From Lachnospiraceae bacterium UBA4381 (lineage in GTDB: Bacteria > Bacillota > Clostridia > Lachnospirales > Lachnospiraceae): a stretch of 64,000 nt of DNA. This document shows, in pieces, positions 50,144 through 61,369 of the stretch. Every line of letters starts with the position of its first letter. Position 1 is the first letter of the stretch. Below the pieces are notes generated by a model. The model was not told where the DNA came from, made no database searches, and saw nothing but the letters and a program-made list of their open reading frames with translations. The position numbers and the translations under genes are program-made. The DNA lies in assembly GCA_002391105.1 (NCBI GenBank), contig DGRT01000037.1, forward strand, positions 394-64,393, read 5' to 3'.

Positions 50144-51670
50144 ATGAGAAAAGGGTTTTTTAAACTACTAACTACCGCAGGCTTAGCTGTAGCTCTTAGC
50201 CTCGGAATTGGAACTAGTGCTTTTGCCGGAGGCGCTTATGCAGAAGACTCATCCGGCTATGATGACGAGATTGGCTCATATTACAGCTACTGGTGGAATG
50301 AAGAAACTGAAGAAACTGAAAAGACAGACTGGGAATGGGACTGGGACTGGAACCATAATTCAGACCACGGTGTCTGGACAAGCAGTGGTGCATCGATATA
50401 TAAGAATACCAAGACAGGCGCTCAGCTAAAAAATGGCTGGTATCTAGTTGATGAGGAACCAACATATTTTGATGCTGATGGCTACGCATACGAAGGTTTC
50501 TTAGATGGTCAGGACAGTAAAGATGCCGGATGGTCACTCGCCGCCAAAGATGTATATACAAAAGATATGTCCGATATCTCCTGGGAAGAGCGCTTGAAAA
50601 TGGAAAAAGCCAAATACCACTGGATTACCGACTCAAAGGGAACCCGATATGGTGCAACAGGATATTACTATGATGAAGATGCAGGCACTTCAAACGGTAT
50701 AGCCTATGGAACATACTACCTGACAGGAACCCCATCATATATCAAAAAAGATAAAAACTATGAAACAATCCAGATTGACGGTAAGTATTATAAATTTAAT
50801 GCAGATGGTTACATTTCCAAAAACGAATGGTTTGATGACGGATGGATGGGCAACGATAGCAAAAGCCAAAATTGGAAATCCGAGTGGAAATATGCAACAT
50901 CTGACGGTTCACTTGCTGAAGGCTGGACTGAGATAGATGGCAGCTGGTACTACTTTTATAAACCTTCACACGTAATGGCAACAGATGCAGTAATAGATGG
51001 TTATAAAATAGATGAAAACGGAACTATAACATCAGAAACCGGATGGTACAATGACTGGATCTGGACAGATGAAGAAAAAGGCGAATGGGCAGACAGATGG
51101 CTCTATATTCAGCCTGACGGAAAAGTGAGTACCGGATGGACTGAAGTAGATGGAAGCTGGTATTACTTCTCAGAAATTAGTGGTGTAATGTTCACTGATA
51201 CAGTTCAGGATTATTATTATCTTACGAAAGATGGCACACTTGCAACCGGCGGATGGTATTATAACTGGTATTGGACGGACGAAGAAAAGGGCGAATGGGA
51301 CGATAAGTGGATATATACATATTCAGATGGTTCTGTTCCTTCCGGATGGACTGAGATTGACGGAACCTGGTACTATTTCGAGTCTGGTACAGATGACTGG
51401 ACATCGGATGACCAAACCTACACTTACTGGTGGTCCTATATGGTAACTGATGGATTTGTTGATGGATACTATATAAATAGTAGCGGTACAATAGAAGATG
51501 GTATAACCGGAGCCTGGTACCAGGATGACAAGGGATGGTACTTCATGGATTCAAATGGCTGGTATCCTTCAGACACTAGTTACATCATAGATAATAAGTA
51601 TTATTATTTCAACGAAGAAGGATATATGGTCGACCCTCCTGAAGAAAACTCAACTGAAGGTCAGGGATGA
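50144..51670 (+). CDS. Secreted Trp/Asp-rich protein with cell-wall-binding repeats
   Basis: Signal peptide ending SAFA; GWTEIDGSWYYF-type repeats; no catalytic domain recognised. Confidence 0.8.
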   Translation: MRKGFFKLLTTAGLAVALSLGIGTSAFAGGAYAEDSSGYDDEIGSYYSYWWNEETEETEKTDWEWDWDWNHNSDHGVWTSSGASIYKNTKTGAQLKNGWYLVDEEPTYFDADGYAYEGFLDGQDSKDAGWSLAAKDVYTKDMSDISWEERLKMEKAKYHWITDSKGTRYGATGYYYDEDAGTSNGIAYGTYYLTGTPSYIKKDKNYETIQIDGKYYKFNADGYISKNEWFDDGWMGNDSKSQNWKSEWKYATSDGSLAEGWTEIDGSWYYFYKPSHVMATDAVIDGYKIDENGTITSETGWYNDWIWTDEEKGEWADRWLYIQPDGKVSTGWTEVDGSWYYFSEISGVMFTDTVQDYYYLTKDGTLATGGWYYNWYWTDEEKGEWDDKWIYTYSDGSVPSGWTEIDGTWYYFESGTDDWTSDDQTYTYWWSYMVTDGFVDGYYINSSGTIEDGITGAWYQDDKGWYFMDSNGWYPSDTSYIIDNKYYYFNEEGYMVDPPEENSTEGQG

Positions 51671-51708
51671 TAACAGGTTTTAGTTAATCGAATATCTTAA
51701 TAACCAAC

Positions 51709-51747
51709 AAAAAAGGCAGAACTCATAAAGTCCGGGTTCTGCCTTTT
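51709..51747. terminator. Bidirectional terminator
   Basis: aaaaggcagaactc / gggttctgcctttt between convergent genes. Confidence 0.75.
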
Positions 51748-51750
51748 ATA

Positions 51751-54270
51751 TTATTTCATTGAATTAATAAGCTTAACTATGTATATTCCATATCCCGCGT
51801 TTGTTGCCCAGCCCTTGCCAGATGGATTTTCCTTCTGACCAAGATACTCAACATAAGGTGATACGCCACGTTCAACAAACTTGAATCTGGGATCAATACA
51901 GGTATTCTTGAGAGCCTCTGTCGATGCATAAGCCTTGAGATGCTGAACCTCTACACGAACACCCTCGCGAACATCAGCAAAACTGTTACCGGGTTCTCCA
52001 TTTCCAAAAGCTCCCATTCCACAGAAATTGAACTGTTCAGCCTTAACATCTCCACCAAACTGAAGCCATCCTGTTTCATGCATAATCTGGGCAAATACAA
52101 CTTCAGCCTTTACACCTTCAGCATCTGCCTCCTCAACGACTATCTGAGCAAAGGTCTCTATATCCTTGGCTCCTCCTGCCTCCATCGTTCCAGCAGGATA
52201 TGTAAAGCCCTGAGCCTTGTAGCATGCCGCCATCTGGGCAACAGTCTTTTCAGAAGTACCCATAATCTTATATAGGCTATTCACATTTGAAAGATCAACG
52301 CCTTCATATATAGAAGCATCTGCTACTTTAGTGTCTCCATCAGACTGGGAACTGTTATCCGCCTTATTTTCGGTTTCCTGTTCTTCTTTTCTGGAAACCG
52401 GCTTTGAAGAAGCCAGCGAGCCATCAGAATTAAATATATACTCTGTATCACCATCGACAAATGAGCCGGTAACCATCTTACCATTTTCATCAAAATAGTA
52501 TTTTACGCCATTAGTATCCAGCCACTGTGATTTATAACAGCTTCCGTCAGCATTTGCATAGTACCAGTCTTTACCACTAGCCACCCAGCCACCAGCCTGA
52601 AGCTGCCCGCTGGAATTGAAGCAGTATATGGTTCCATTAACATTTTTAGGACCGGTAACCATAGTACAGTCTGCATTAAAGTAATACCATTCATTTCCGG
52701 TTCTTAACCAGGTAGCTCTTAGAATTGCTCCGGAATCAAGTCCGTAGTACCAGTTCTTACCGTCATATATCCATCCATATTGAAGCGCTCCGCTACTGTT
52801 GAGGTAATAATACATTCCTCCTCCACAGTCAGTCAGACCTGTTGCCATCTTTCCATTTTCACCGAAATAGTACCAGGTTCCATTTATGCTGGACCATGTG
52901 TCAACAAGCAGAGCCCCTGAACCGAGAGCATAGTACCAGTCATTTCCGGATTTCATCCAGCCTGTAGCCATGGCACCATTATCATCAAAGCAGTAGCCTA
53001 CTCCTCCGATTGACTTATAACCTGTAGCCATGGTTCCATCTTCTGTCAGATAATACCATATTCCGGCACCATTGAACCATGCCTTTCTAAACATAGCTCC
53101 CGATGCATTCATGTAGTACCATTTACCATCCTGCTTCTGCCAGCCGGTGAGCATGACACCATCACTGCCAAACAGATACCACTGATTCTCTATACAGAAT
53201 GGACCTGTAGCAACCTTGCCATCCTCCTTAAGCCAGAACCAGCTTCCATTATTCTTCTGCCATACATTTCTCAGCATAGCACCACGTTCATTAAAGCAGT
53301 ACCAGGTTCCATCTATCTGCTTCCATCCGGTAGCAACATAACCTGAATCATCTGCATAGTACGAATAACCATCTACTTCAAAGAAGCCCTTCTGAAGCTC
53401 TTTCTTTTCATTGTAGTAAACCCACTTATTTCCCTTCTGCTGCCAGCCTGAGCTTTCAGCCGTAGGAGAAACAACCACGCTTACCCTGTTTGCCTTAAGC
53501 AGCTCCAGATTCTCAAGTATTCCCTGGGCATCCGCAACGCCGAGCTGGGCTATCATATCCCATGAACCAAAGAAATTCAGACAGTCACTGCTATTATTGA
53601 CATAGGAATGTTCAACGATCATAGCAGGGATATAGTATTCTTTACAGCCACGAATAACAGCATAATAATCTGCTATCGAGCCGTCAGAATATGTACTGCC
53701 ATTCTGTGAGGATCTTGTATATGTCGCACCGTTGGAAACTCCCAGACCATTTAATTTCTTACCTATGGATGTTCCAACTGTCTTGGCAACTGTATTTGCC
53801 GTACTGCAATAGCTTGCATTAGATATATATACTTCCGCACCAGACCTTGAATTCACACTTGCAGAAGAATTACAGTGAAGACTTACAAATATATCAGCAT
53901 TTACACTATGCGCATAGTCACATCTCCAGTCAAGATCATCACCAATACTTCCATGCAAACCTTCTGATATTGATGAACGCGTCATATATACCTTGACCTG
54001 ATCATTTTTCTCAAGCTCAGCCTTACATGCATCCGCTATCGCCTGATTGATATCACGCTCTATATACTGAACACCATTCCAGGTATATGCAGCTCCTGTA
54101 TCTGTACCACCATGTCCGGGATCCAGAACTATTACTACCGGTTCCCCTTCCTCAGAAGCAATTACCGGTTCATCTGCAGAAACCTTTCCAGTACTTATGC
54201 CCACTATGCCAAGCATGAGCACCAAGCCAAGCAGCAGTGACATATTTTTTCTGAAACCTGATCTTTTCAT
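51751..54270 (-). CDS. Bifunctional autolysin: Amidase_3 + cell-wall-binding repeats + glucosaminidase-like domain
   Basis: LDPGHGG, VSLHCN, IVEH; many CW repeats; AQIMHETG, NFCGMG, WAT..GYG. Confidence 0.9.
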   Translation of the reverse strand: MKRSGFRKNMSLLLGLVLMLGIVGISTGKVSADEPVIASEEGEPVVIVLDPGHGGTDTGAAYTWNGVQYIERDINQAIADACKAELEKNDQVKVYMTRSSISEGLHGSIGDDLDWRCDYAHSVNADIFVSLHCNSSASVNSRSGAEVYISNASYCSTANTVAKTVGTSIGKKLNGLGVSNGATYTRSSQNGSTYSDGSIADYYAVIRGCKEYYIPAMIVEHSYVNNSSDCLNFFGSWDMIAQLGVADAQGILENLELLKANRVSVVVSPTAESSGWQQKGNKWVYYNEKKELQKGFFEVDGYSYYADDSGYVATGWKQIDGTWYCFNERGAMLRNVWQKNNGSWFWLKEDGKVATGPFCIENQWYLFGSDGVMLTGWQKQDGKWYYMNASGAMFRKAWFNGAGIWYYLTEDGTMATGYKSIGGVGYCFDDNGAMATGWMKSGNDWYYALGSGALLVDTWSSINGTWYYFGENGKMATGLTDCGGGMYYYLNSSGALQYGWIYDGKNWYYGLDSGAILRATWLRTGNEWYYFNADCTMVTGPKNVNGTIYCFNSSGQLQAGGWVASGKDWYYANADGSCYKSQWLDTNGVKYYFDENGKMVTGSFVDGDTEYIFNSDGSLASSKPVSRKEEQETENKADNSSQSDGDTKVADASIYEGVDLSNVNSLYKIMGTSEKTVAQMAACYKAQGFTYPAGTMEAGGAKDIETFAQIVVEEADAEGVKAEVVFAQIMHETGWLQFGGDVKAEQFNFCGMGAFGNGEPGNSFADVREGVRVEVQHLKAYASTEALKNTCIDPRFKFVERGVSPYVEYLGQKENPSGKGWATNAGYGIYIVKLINSMK

Positions 54271-54354
54271 CGATTACCATCCTAAATACTATATTCTCAT
54301 TGCCAATATTTTCATTGCCAACATTTTACGTAAACCAAAATATAAAACAGTATA

Positions 54355-54381
54355 AAGGGTTGACAAAATTATGTCAACCCT
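54355..54381 (-). terminator. Terminator after rfbA
   Basis: agggttgaca / tgtcaaccct stem. Confidence 0.6.
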
Positions 54382-54384
54382 GTC

Positions 54385-54401
54385 ATTACAAAAATATTAC
54401 A
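54385..54401 (-). promoter_or_regulatory. WalR-like box
   Basis: TGTAAT-atttt-TGTAAT on the minus strand, ~115 bp upstream of the autolysin. Confidence 0.55.
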
Positions 54402-54495
54402 TTCTTTACAAAATTGTTAATAACACATATTCCCTGCATTATTATAAAACGCCGAACAAAGCAGCATTATTTCATATCAGGAATACCGGTACATC

Positions 54496-55365
54496 CTACA
54501 GACCATTTGCAACATCTACAAGATACTGACCATAATGTGTCTTCATGAGTGGTTCAGCCAACTGAAGAAGCTGCTCCCTAGTAATGAAGCCTCTTCTATA
54601 AGCAATCTCCTCTATACAGGATATATACATTCCCTGTCTCTTCTGGAATGCAGCCACAAAGTCCGCAGCATCCAGTAGCATATCATGATTACCGGTATCC
54701 AGCCATGCGAAACCACGTCCCAGTGTTTCAACCATCAGAGTTCCACGGTTCAGATACTCGTTATTAATAGAAGTAATCTCTATCTCACCTCTGGCTGAAG
54801 GCTTAACATTCTTAGCAATCTCAACAACATCATTATCATAGAAATACAGTCCCGGAACAGCATAGTTCGACTTAGGATTCTCCGGCTTTTCCTCTATAGA
54901 AAGTGCCTTACCATTCTCATCAAACTCAACCACTCCATACTCTCTCGGATCCTTTACATAGTAGCCAAAGATAGTAGCTCCCTTCTCTCTGGATGCCGCT
55001 GCCTTAAGAACCTTCGAAAAGCTCTGACCATAGAATATATTGTCACCCAGAACAAGGGCAACGTTATCATTTCCTATAAATTCTTCTCCGATGATAAATG
55101 CATCTGCAAGTCCTCTCGGCACTTCCTGAACTGCATAGCTGAAGCTCATTCCAAGCTGCTCACCCGTTCCAAAAAGCTCTCTGAACGCAGGCAGATCTCT
55201 AGGTGTTGAAATGATAAGAACCTCTCTGATTCCTGCAAGCATCAAAGTTGAAAGCGGATAATATATCATCGGCTTATCATAAACCGGCATCATCTGCTTA
55301 GAAACTGCTTTGGTAAGTGGATAAAGTCTGGTGCCGGAGCCTCCGGCGAGTATTATTCCCTTCAT
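54496..55365 (-). CDS. rfbA: Glucose-1-phosphate thymidylyltransferase
   Basis: [47 protein letters not shown]. Confidence 0.97.
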   Translation of the reverse strand: MKGIILAGGSGTRLYPLTKAVSKQMMPVYDKPMIYYPLSTLMLAGIREVLIISTPRDLPAFRELFGTGEQLGMSFSYAVQEVPRGLADAFIIGEEFIGNDNVALVLGDNIFYGQSFSKVLKAAASREKGATIFGYYVKDPREYGVVEFDENGKALSIEEKPENPKSNYAVPGLYFYDNDVVEIAKNVKPSARGEIEITSINNEYLNRGTLMVETLGRGFAWLDTGNHDMLLDAADFVAAFQKRQGMYISCIEEIAYRRGFITREQLLQLAEPLMKTHYGQYLVDVANGL

Positions 55366-55493
55366 GCTATTCCCCTTTCATATTTTGTGTCTGTTCATTT
55401 TATCTATATGAGGCGCAGCCCCGTCATCGCTGAACAAGAGTTTTTCAAAAAAGGTTCAGCGATTACATGACATGAATCAGTACCACATTTTAG

Positions 55494-58211
55494 TTATTTT
55501 AGTTCCTTACGTATAGAGTTACTATAATACTTATCTCCCTCTTTGTAAATCTCCTTGTGTGCTTTCATAAATGCACCAAACTCCTTCAGCTTATTGGATA
55601 TAGTTTCAAAGGAGTTATCTGCATCCTTTCCTCTGTCAGGCTTCAACAAAAATTCCGCCCCGGCATCATAGACAACCGTTCTGCCATCCCTTGTCATCTC
55701 ATAGGTATATTCAACCAGAGACTGCTCACCGGTATATCTTTCATTCAAATGTCCATATTTCTGAAGATCTCTGAGTCTGAAAAGTGTTACGCCCCGACGC
55801 AGTGCTGTATATGCGCAGTAATTATAATACTGGTCATCAAACTTACTTTTTTTAGCATACATCCAGCCCTCTATACTGCCAAAGTCTATTATAACGCCGG
55901 CATGGGCAAATGTACCATCAAGCGAGAACACCTTACCTCCTATTGCCGAAACATATGGTCTGGCATTCAGATATGAAAGCATACCTGTGATTCCATTTTC
56001 GCCCATCATGGTAATTCCGGACTGTATAAAACAGATAAATGTATCATCAGCCTCTTTAGTCTGACCAGAGATAAGCATCGCAGCATAGTTCATCTCTCTG
56101 GCAAAATTATAGCCATGCTCCTCTCCTCTTATACGCAGGAAGGAAATATTTTTAAAGCTCGACTTCTCTTCTATCGATCTGACAGTTCTTTCATATTTCT
56201 CATTATCATCAGCATCCATAACTGCCACATAGACCACAGCATGTTCTGGTACCGGATAAGTGCTGTGATAAAATCCAAGATGATCACTTATCTCAGCCTT
56301 CGCCTCTATACCAAGTCTTTCAAAATGAGCCTGAAGCGCATTTACCCCTGCATCATAAGCATACATCTTGGCAGCAGGATTGCCGGCGGTTGAAGTATCA
56401 TTTATACGCCAGCTATATACTATCATCGGAACATGAACTATCTTACGAGCCTTCTCAGTACACCTTAGAATAAAGTCATAATCCTGCGCACCATTATAGG
56501 CATCATCAAAAAGTCCGACCTCATCCACCAGACTCTTTCTGGCAACAAACATATGAGTAATATAATTACAGCTCTCCAGCAGCTCTATGTTAAAATCAGG
56601 CTTGATGTTCGGTTCAAATCTTTTCTTTGCATCGGCATTTGTCTTATCTTCATCTGTGTAGATAACATCAACCTCAGTGTCGAACTCAGTTTCATCGATC
56701 TGCTCAGATTTTATTTCACCCTTCTTTATATCTGCAGCTTCTGACTTACTTTGATCAGCAGCTTCTGACTTTTTTCGTTCTACAGCTGCTAACTTACTTC
56801 GATCTGCCGGTCTTTCTACCAGATTCCGGTTCATCGCCCTGACTGCCTCATAAAAAGCATCCGGAGTAAACAGATCATCATGATCACCCAGTACGATAAA
56901 GTCTCCCTTTGCGATAGAAAATGCCTGATTCGTATTTGATGATATTCCAAGCGGTCCCGGCAACTCTGCCACATATCTGATACGTCTGTCTTCCCTGGAA
57001 TATCTTCCTATTATTTTACTAAGTCTGTCACTATCCCGGCTTCCATCCGAGAAGCACAACTCCCAGTTTGGATAGGTCTGGGCTGTGATAGAGTCGATCA
57101 GCTCTTTCAGAAACTGCTCATCAGTTTCATACAGCGGAACCAGAACGCTGAGAAGGGGACGGTATTTAAAGTCAGCCTGCAGCACCTTCTGTTTCTCCAG
57201 CTCCAGCTTACCCGGAGATATACTGCGAATCCATTTATCATAATTTCTGTTCAGATTAATGTAAGACGGAGACATGTGTACCTTGATTTTGGAAATGGTT
57301 TCTCTTACACCATAGGTGTTCAGATTCCTGACCAACTTTTCCTGATAACGGGATATAACATTTACCTTTGAAAATACATCACTGCTGTTACTGGTATGGG
57401 CTCTTTTAAATATGAAGCGGTCTCCCTTTTTCAGTATCAGATTGAGCCGCTTATGCTCTCCTTCAACTATAAGCTCAAAGCCGGGCTTCATCTCATCAGA
57501 AAACTCCGGAAATATAGCTGATACATCTTCGCGTTCGCTGAACTTTATACTATATTTAAGATACTGTTGTGACTTATCAGCCGGAGCATTTTTATCTTTC
57601 CTTTCAGGCTTCTTAACTTTGATAATAGTATCTTCCCCGCTATCCATCCAGCCACTGATAATCGTCTTACCATCTTCAACATAAGCCAGATCAATACTCA
57701 TGTTATAAAGTGAAAGCTCCTTCAGGACTTTTTTCATGGAATCCTTATAGAGTATTTCTCTATATACTTTTCTGGAGTTTTCTAAAGTTTTTTCATTATC
57801 ATCACTTTCAACGCTTTCCTCAGCAGCCGGATCATTTACTCCGGTACTCTCTATGGCATGGAATTCCCTGGAAAAATCAATAGGGATTACCTCGCCTACA
57901 ACCACCAGCTTCGCATTATTTCCATACTTCTGCAGTCTTTCTTCAGTAAGAGCCGTCATATCTACATATATCGTTCCATAATGTGATATAGTCTCTCCAT
58001 TTCTTCTCTTCATCTGCATAAGAGGAAGCTTGGTAGATTGAATAGTACAGGGAAGCGCCTTAACAGGACGTCCTCCAACAAATACAGCCGCCCTGGGTTT
58101 CATCGTATCCAGATAGCCATCTACAGCATAGCCCTGGATAACAAGCCTTCTTCTTCCACTTGCATCACTTCTTACTCTTTCAAAGAAAAAACCCTGTTTT
58201 TTTTCTGACAT
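55494..58211 (-). CDS. Large GT2 glycosyltransferase (rhamnan/O-antigen type)
   Basis: QTYPNWEL, GISSNTN, DHDD, YTDEDK, GAQDYD; degenerate second domain. Confidence 0.85.
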   Translation of the reverse strand: MSEKKQGFFFERVRSDASGRRRLVIQGYAVDGYLDTMKPRAAVFVGGRPVKALPCTIQSTKLPLMQMKRRNGETISHYGTIYVDMTALTEERLQKYGNNAKLVVVGEVIPIDFSREFHAIESTGVNDPAAEESVESDDNEKTLENSRKVYREILYKDSMKKVLKELSLYNMSIDLAYVEDGKTIISGWMDSGEDTIIKVKKPERKDKNAPADKSQQYLKYSIKFSEREDVSAIFPEFSDEMKPGFELIVEGEHKRLNLILKKGDRFIFKRAHTSNSSDVFSKVNVISRYQEKLVRNLNTYGVRETISKIKVHMSPSYINLNRNYDKWIRSISPGKLELEKQKVLQADFKYRPLLSVLVPLYETDEQFLKELIDSITAQTYPNWELCFSDGSRDSDRLSKIIGRYSREDRRIRYVAELPGPLGISSNTNQAFSIAKGDFIVLGDHDDLFTPDAFYEAVRAMNRNLVERPADRSKLAAVERKKSEAADQSKSEAADIKKGEIKSEQIDETEFDTEVDVIYTDEDKTNADAKKRFEPNIKPDFNIELLESCNYITHMFVARKSLVDEVGLFDDAYNGAQDYDFILRCTEKARKIVHVPMIVYSWRINDTSTAGNPAAKMYAYDAGVNALQAHFERLGIEAKAEISDHLGFYHSTYPVPEHAVVYVAVMDADDNEKYERTVRSIEEKSSFKNISFLRIRGEEHGYNFAREMNYAAMLISGQTKEADDTFICFIQSGITMMGENGITGMLSYLNARPYVSAIGGKVFSLDGTFAHAGVIIDFGSIEGWMYAKKSKFDDQYYNYCAYTALRRGVTLFRLRDLQKYGHLNERYTGEQSLVEYTYEMTRDGRTVVYDAGAEFLLKPDRGKDADNSFETISNKLKEFGAFMKAHKEIYKEGDKYYSNSIRKELK

Positions 58212-58307
58212 ATTATCATTCCTCTATAAATAAATTGATAATTACACCATATTACTTATAAATCAAAGCTTCACAAAACCGTTTCCTTTTCAACTATCAC
58301 AGTTTCA

Positions 58308-59378
58308 TTAGTACATCTGCTTCAGCTCTGTAACAGTTCTCTCGGCACCTGTTTTCATATCGAACTCGGCTTTCCAGCCAAGTGCCTCCAGCTTATCGGA
58401 CCTTAGCGCTGAACATGGCATCTTGTTATACGACCTTGCCTCACTCTCTGTCGGTACATCAAAGGTTATCTTTACCCCTCCCGCTGCAGCAAATGCTTCT
58501 GCCATCTCCTTTATGGTAACTATAGCTATAGGAGCGGAGATATTATAAGCCTCTTTATTCTCTCCCTTTATAAGAACAGCAAGTATAGCAGATGCGCAGT
58601 CCAGCACATGAGTATAGGATCTGAGCTGTTCTCCCTTGCTCTTCATGATTATCTCTTCACCTCTTGCAGCTTTAAATGAGAAATCCGCACTAACCCTGCT
58701 GTCTGATGGTTTCACCGTCGGACCATATATATGTCCCGGACGAACCATCACAGTATCTATGCCATATTCCTCTGCATAAGCCACGCATAGAGTTTCTGCC
58801 GCCCTCTTTGAGCTGGGATAACAGGAACGCGGGTTTAATATATCCACATATCCAAGCTGATCTTCACTATATGGTTCAAAGGTTTCATTCACTCCATATA
58901 CTTCACTTGAGGAAATGTATAAAAGTCTGCCAAGTGAAGACTTGTCAACTGATGACATAAGTCCTGTAATTCCATGAATATTTGCCAGCATGGTTTCAAC
59001 CGGCTCTGCCATTATTCTCTTTGGATCTGCGTTGCTTGCTCCATGAATAATATAATCCACATGAAGCGGTGGTATCTTCCCCTCAGTCGCATCATACTGA
59101 ACAAATGTATAGTCTCCCCCGACACCTTTAGAGGACTGAACCGCCCTCTCCTCATATCTCTCTGCAACTCTCTTCTCGTCACGTCCGGCAAAGTAAAGAG
59201 TCATTCCATATCCCTGCTCCTTGTTGAGAGAAAGGAGAAGATCCGCTACAGCCGAACATATAAGACCGGTCGCGCCGGTTATAAGTACACTCTTTCCACG
59301 CATTTCCTCCGGAGAAGGTACATTTTTCAATACTTTATTCACATCCTCAAGATATTCCGATGTATATTTCATAGTCAT
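58308..59378 (-). CDS. NAD-dependent epimerase/dehydratase
   Basis: TGATGLI, SSSEVYG, YPSSKR, RPGHIYGP. Confidence 0.88.
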   Translation of the reverse strand: MTMKYTSEYLEDVNKVLKNVPSPEEMRGKSVLITGATGLICSAVADLLLSLNKEQGYGMTLYFAGRDEKRVAERYEERAVQSSKGVGGDYTFVQYDATEGKIPPLHVDYIIHGASNADPKRIMAEPVETMLANIHGITGLMSSVDKSSLGRLLYISSSEVYGVNETFEPYSEDQLGYVDILNPRSCYPSSKRAAETLCVAYAEEYGIDTVMVRPGHIYGPTVKPSDSRVSADFSFKAARGEEIIMKSKGEQLRSYTHVLDCASAILAVLIKGENKEAYNISAPIAIVTIKEMAEAFAAAGGVKITFDVPTESEARSYNKMPCSALRSDKLEALGWKAEFDMKTGAERTVTELKQMY

Positions 59379-59483
59379 CCTCCAACTCTATATAGCTTTA
59401 AGATTATTTGTATCAGTTCAGGTCATGCAGATATGACTATCATATTGACGCGAAAGCATGTATTCAAAGACAATTATGATATA

Positions 59484-60479
59484 TCATATCAGCGATATAA
59501 GATAAAACAGTGCCTTATCAAGCCCGAATCTCCGACATAAGTAGTAAGCCCCGACTCCAAGTCTTATCTTCAGACTTACACCGGAGGGTTTCAGAAAGCC
59601 CAAATAGGGATTCTTCATCAGCTCCGGATAATGCTCCTCTATATCACGGTTAATCAGTTCCAGCTTTTTCTTCATCGCAGCAGGCTTTGAACCATGACCA
59701 TAAACCACAAGCGCATTTACCATATTGGCGAGATACGTATATTCAACCGCCTGCCTCATCCTCTTATTCATCTTTGCTGTATCGTATTTTTCTCTGAACC
59801 TGTCAAACATAGACTTAACTATCTGCTCGAATTCATTTTCATAATTCATACTTCTCGTGGTCGAGGCAGGATTCAGCCTGTAATAATAGCCATAGTATCT
59901 GATCACCTTAAAACGAGGTCTGCTATAAAATGCTGCCAGAGAAAAATATATATCCTCGCCCTTCCTGCTGTCAGAAAAATCAATCCCGTTTCTGATCATA
60001 AAGTCCCTGCGATACAGCTTACAGCAGGCAACAGGATAGAGGAGAATCGTAAAAAAGCTGTCCGCCACGCTGACCTTTCTGAGACTTCCCCGGATATCTC
60101 TGGTATGTCCGGCAATTACCATATCATAACCGCCAGCCGCCCTGACAAATGTACTTATATAGTCCGGCGCCACATAATCATCACTATCCACAAACATCAC
60201 ATACTCTGCATCGGTAAGCTTTACAGCCTTCATACGGCTTCTGCCCTGCCCCAGATTTTCTTCATTTATTATCAGCCTGAACCTGTCCGGATACCGTTCT
60301 ACATACCTCTCCACAACAAGCTTACTCTGGTCAGGGCTTTTATCATCTATGAGTATCACATCATAGTCCGGATAGTCCTGCTTCTGCAGACTGCTGAGAC
60401 ACTGTCCTATATATTTTTCCACGTTATAAAACGGAACTATTACCGTAACCTTGCCACGTTTTTCCATACTTATATCCAT
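59484..60479 (-). CDS. GT2 glycosyltransferase
   Basis: VPFYNVE, DDKSPD, FVDSDD, GED. Confidence 0.9.
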   Translation of the reverse strand: MDISMEKRGKVTVIVPFYNVEKYIGQCLSSLQKQDYPDYDVILIDDKSPDQSKLVVERYVERYPDRFRLIINEENLGQGRSRMKAVKLTDAEYVMFVDSDDYVAPDYISTFVRAAGGYDMVIAGHTRDIRGSLRKVSVADSFFTILLYPVACCKLYRRDFMIRNGIDFSDSRKGEDIYFSLAAFYSRPRFKVIRYYGYYYRLNPASTTRSMNYENEFEQIVKSMFDRFREKYDTAKMNKRMRQAVEYTYLANMVNALVVYGHGSKPAAMKKKLELINRDIEEHYPELMKNPYLGFLKPSGVSLKIRLGVGAYYLCRRFGLDKALFYLISLI

Positions 60480-60497
60480 TTCATTTCTGTTTCTATT

Positions 60498-61334
60498 TTA
60501 CAGCTCATTTGAATCCTCTGACTTTGTGTAAAATCTGTTAATGAGCTTCGCTATCGGAGCAGGCCAGAATTTACGGAACATTTCGTAATTCTCTAAGATT
60601 CGACCACCTGCTTCCAGAGTCTTGGTGGTGGTTGACTCTTCATGAATCCTATGGAACATAAGGGACTTCGGTATATATATAAAATCCCCCTTCAGCCTGG
60701 ACAGCTTCTCCCACGCTTCCCAGTCCTCGCAGCATACAAAATGATTATGAAAGATCGGCTGTTCCAGATTCTTCATGGCATACATGACTGAAGGACAGCA
60801 TATAGGATCTCCCATCGATAGTACACGCCTGCGCAGAAACCTGCTTCCACGAGCTATTCGGGGAACTAAAGGCAGCAGCATTATCCTTTTTAATTTCAGC
60901 ATCTCAACATCGGTAGTCCGCGCACCATCACGTATCTCACCATAATCCGAAAAGATAATGAGTGGTTTCTTTGAACCCCGAAGTGCATTTAAGAATTCCT
61001 CTGTATATTTTTCAGCATATACATCATCCTGATGGGCAATAGTCGCAAGCCTGGTTCTGACACATCCAAGCCCAAAGTTCCAGTCCTGAGTTATGCCACC
61101 CTCTCCCTCATTGATATAAAGCTTTATTCCGTGCTTCTCCGCCATTTCACTTATATATTCACACGGCGTAGATGTAACCATAATAATCTTCGAGCCTACA
61201 GACTGATTCTCAAGAGACTCTATACATTCCTCCAGATATGGACTCTCCTTATAAGCACATATTACAAAGGTATGCTGAGGCTTATGACCTCCGATTATAT
61301 ATTTTTTTAATTTATCATCCGTCTTTTTATTCAT
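60498..61334 (-). CDS. GT2 glycosyltransferase
   Basis: CAYKE, DWNF, HQDD, EDWE, HRIHEES. Confidence 0.85.
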   Translation of the reverse strand: MNKKTDDKLKKYIIGGHKPQHTFVICAYKESPYLEECIESLENQSVGSKIIMVTSTPCEYISEMAEKHGIKLYINEGEGGITQDWNFGLGCVRTRLATIAHQDDVYAEKYTEEFLNALRGSKKPLIIFSDYGEIRDGARTTDVEMLKLKRIMLLPLVPRIARGSRFLRRRVLSMGDPICCPSVMYAMKNLEQPIFHNHFVCCEDWEAWEKLSRLKGDFIYIPKSLMFHRIHEESTTTKTLEAGGRILENYEMFRKFWPAPIAKLINRFYTKSEDSNEL

Positions 61335-61369
61335 AACCGAAAATATACCTTAAACCTATAATTAGTCAT

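Noticed and set aside
55426-55463. atcgctgaac...gttcagcgat hairpin as a member of the ATGACCTGAA family
   Set aside because: Only the CTGAAC core is shared; too short to assign.
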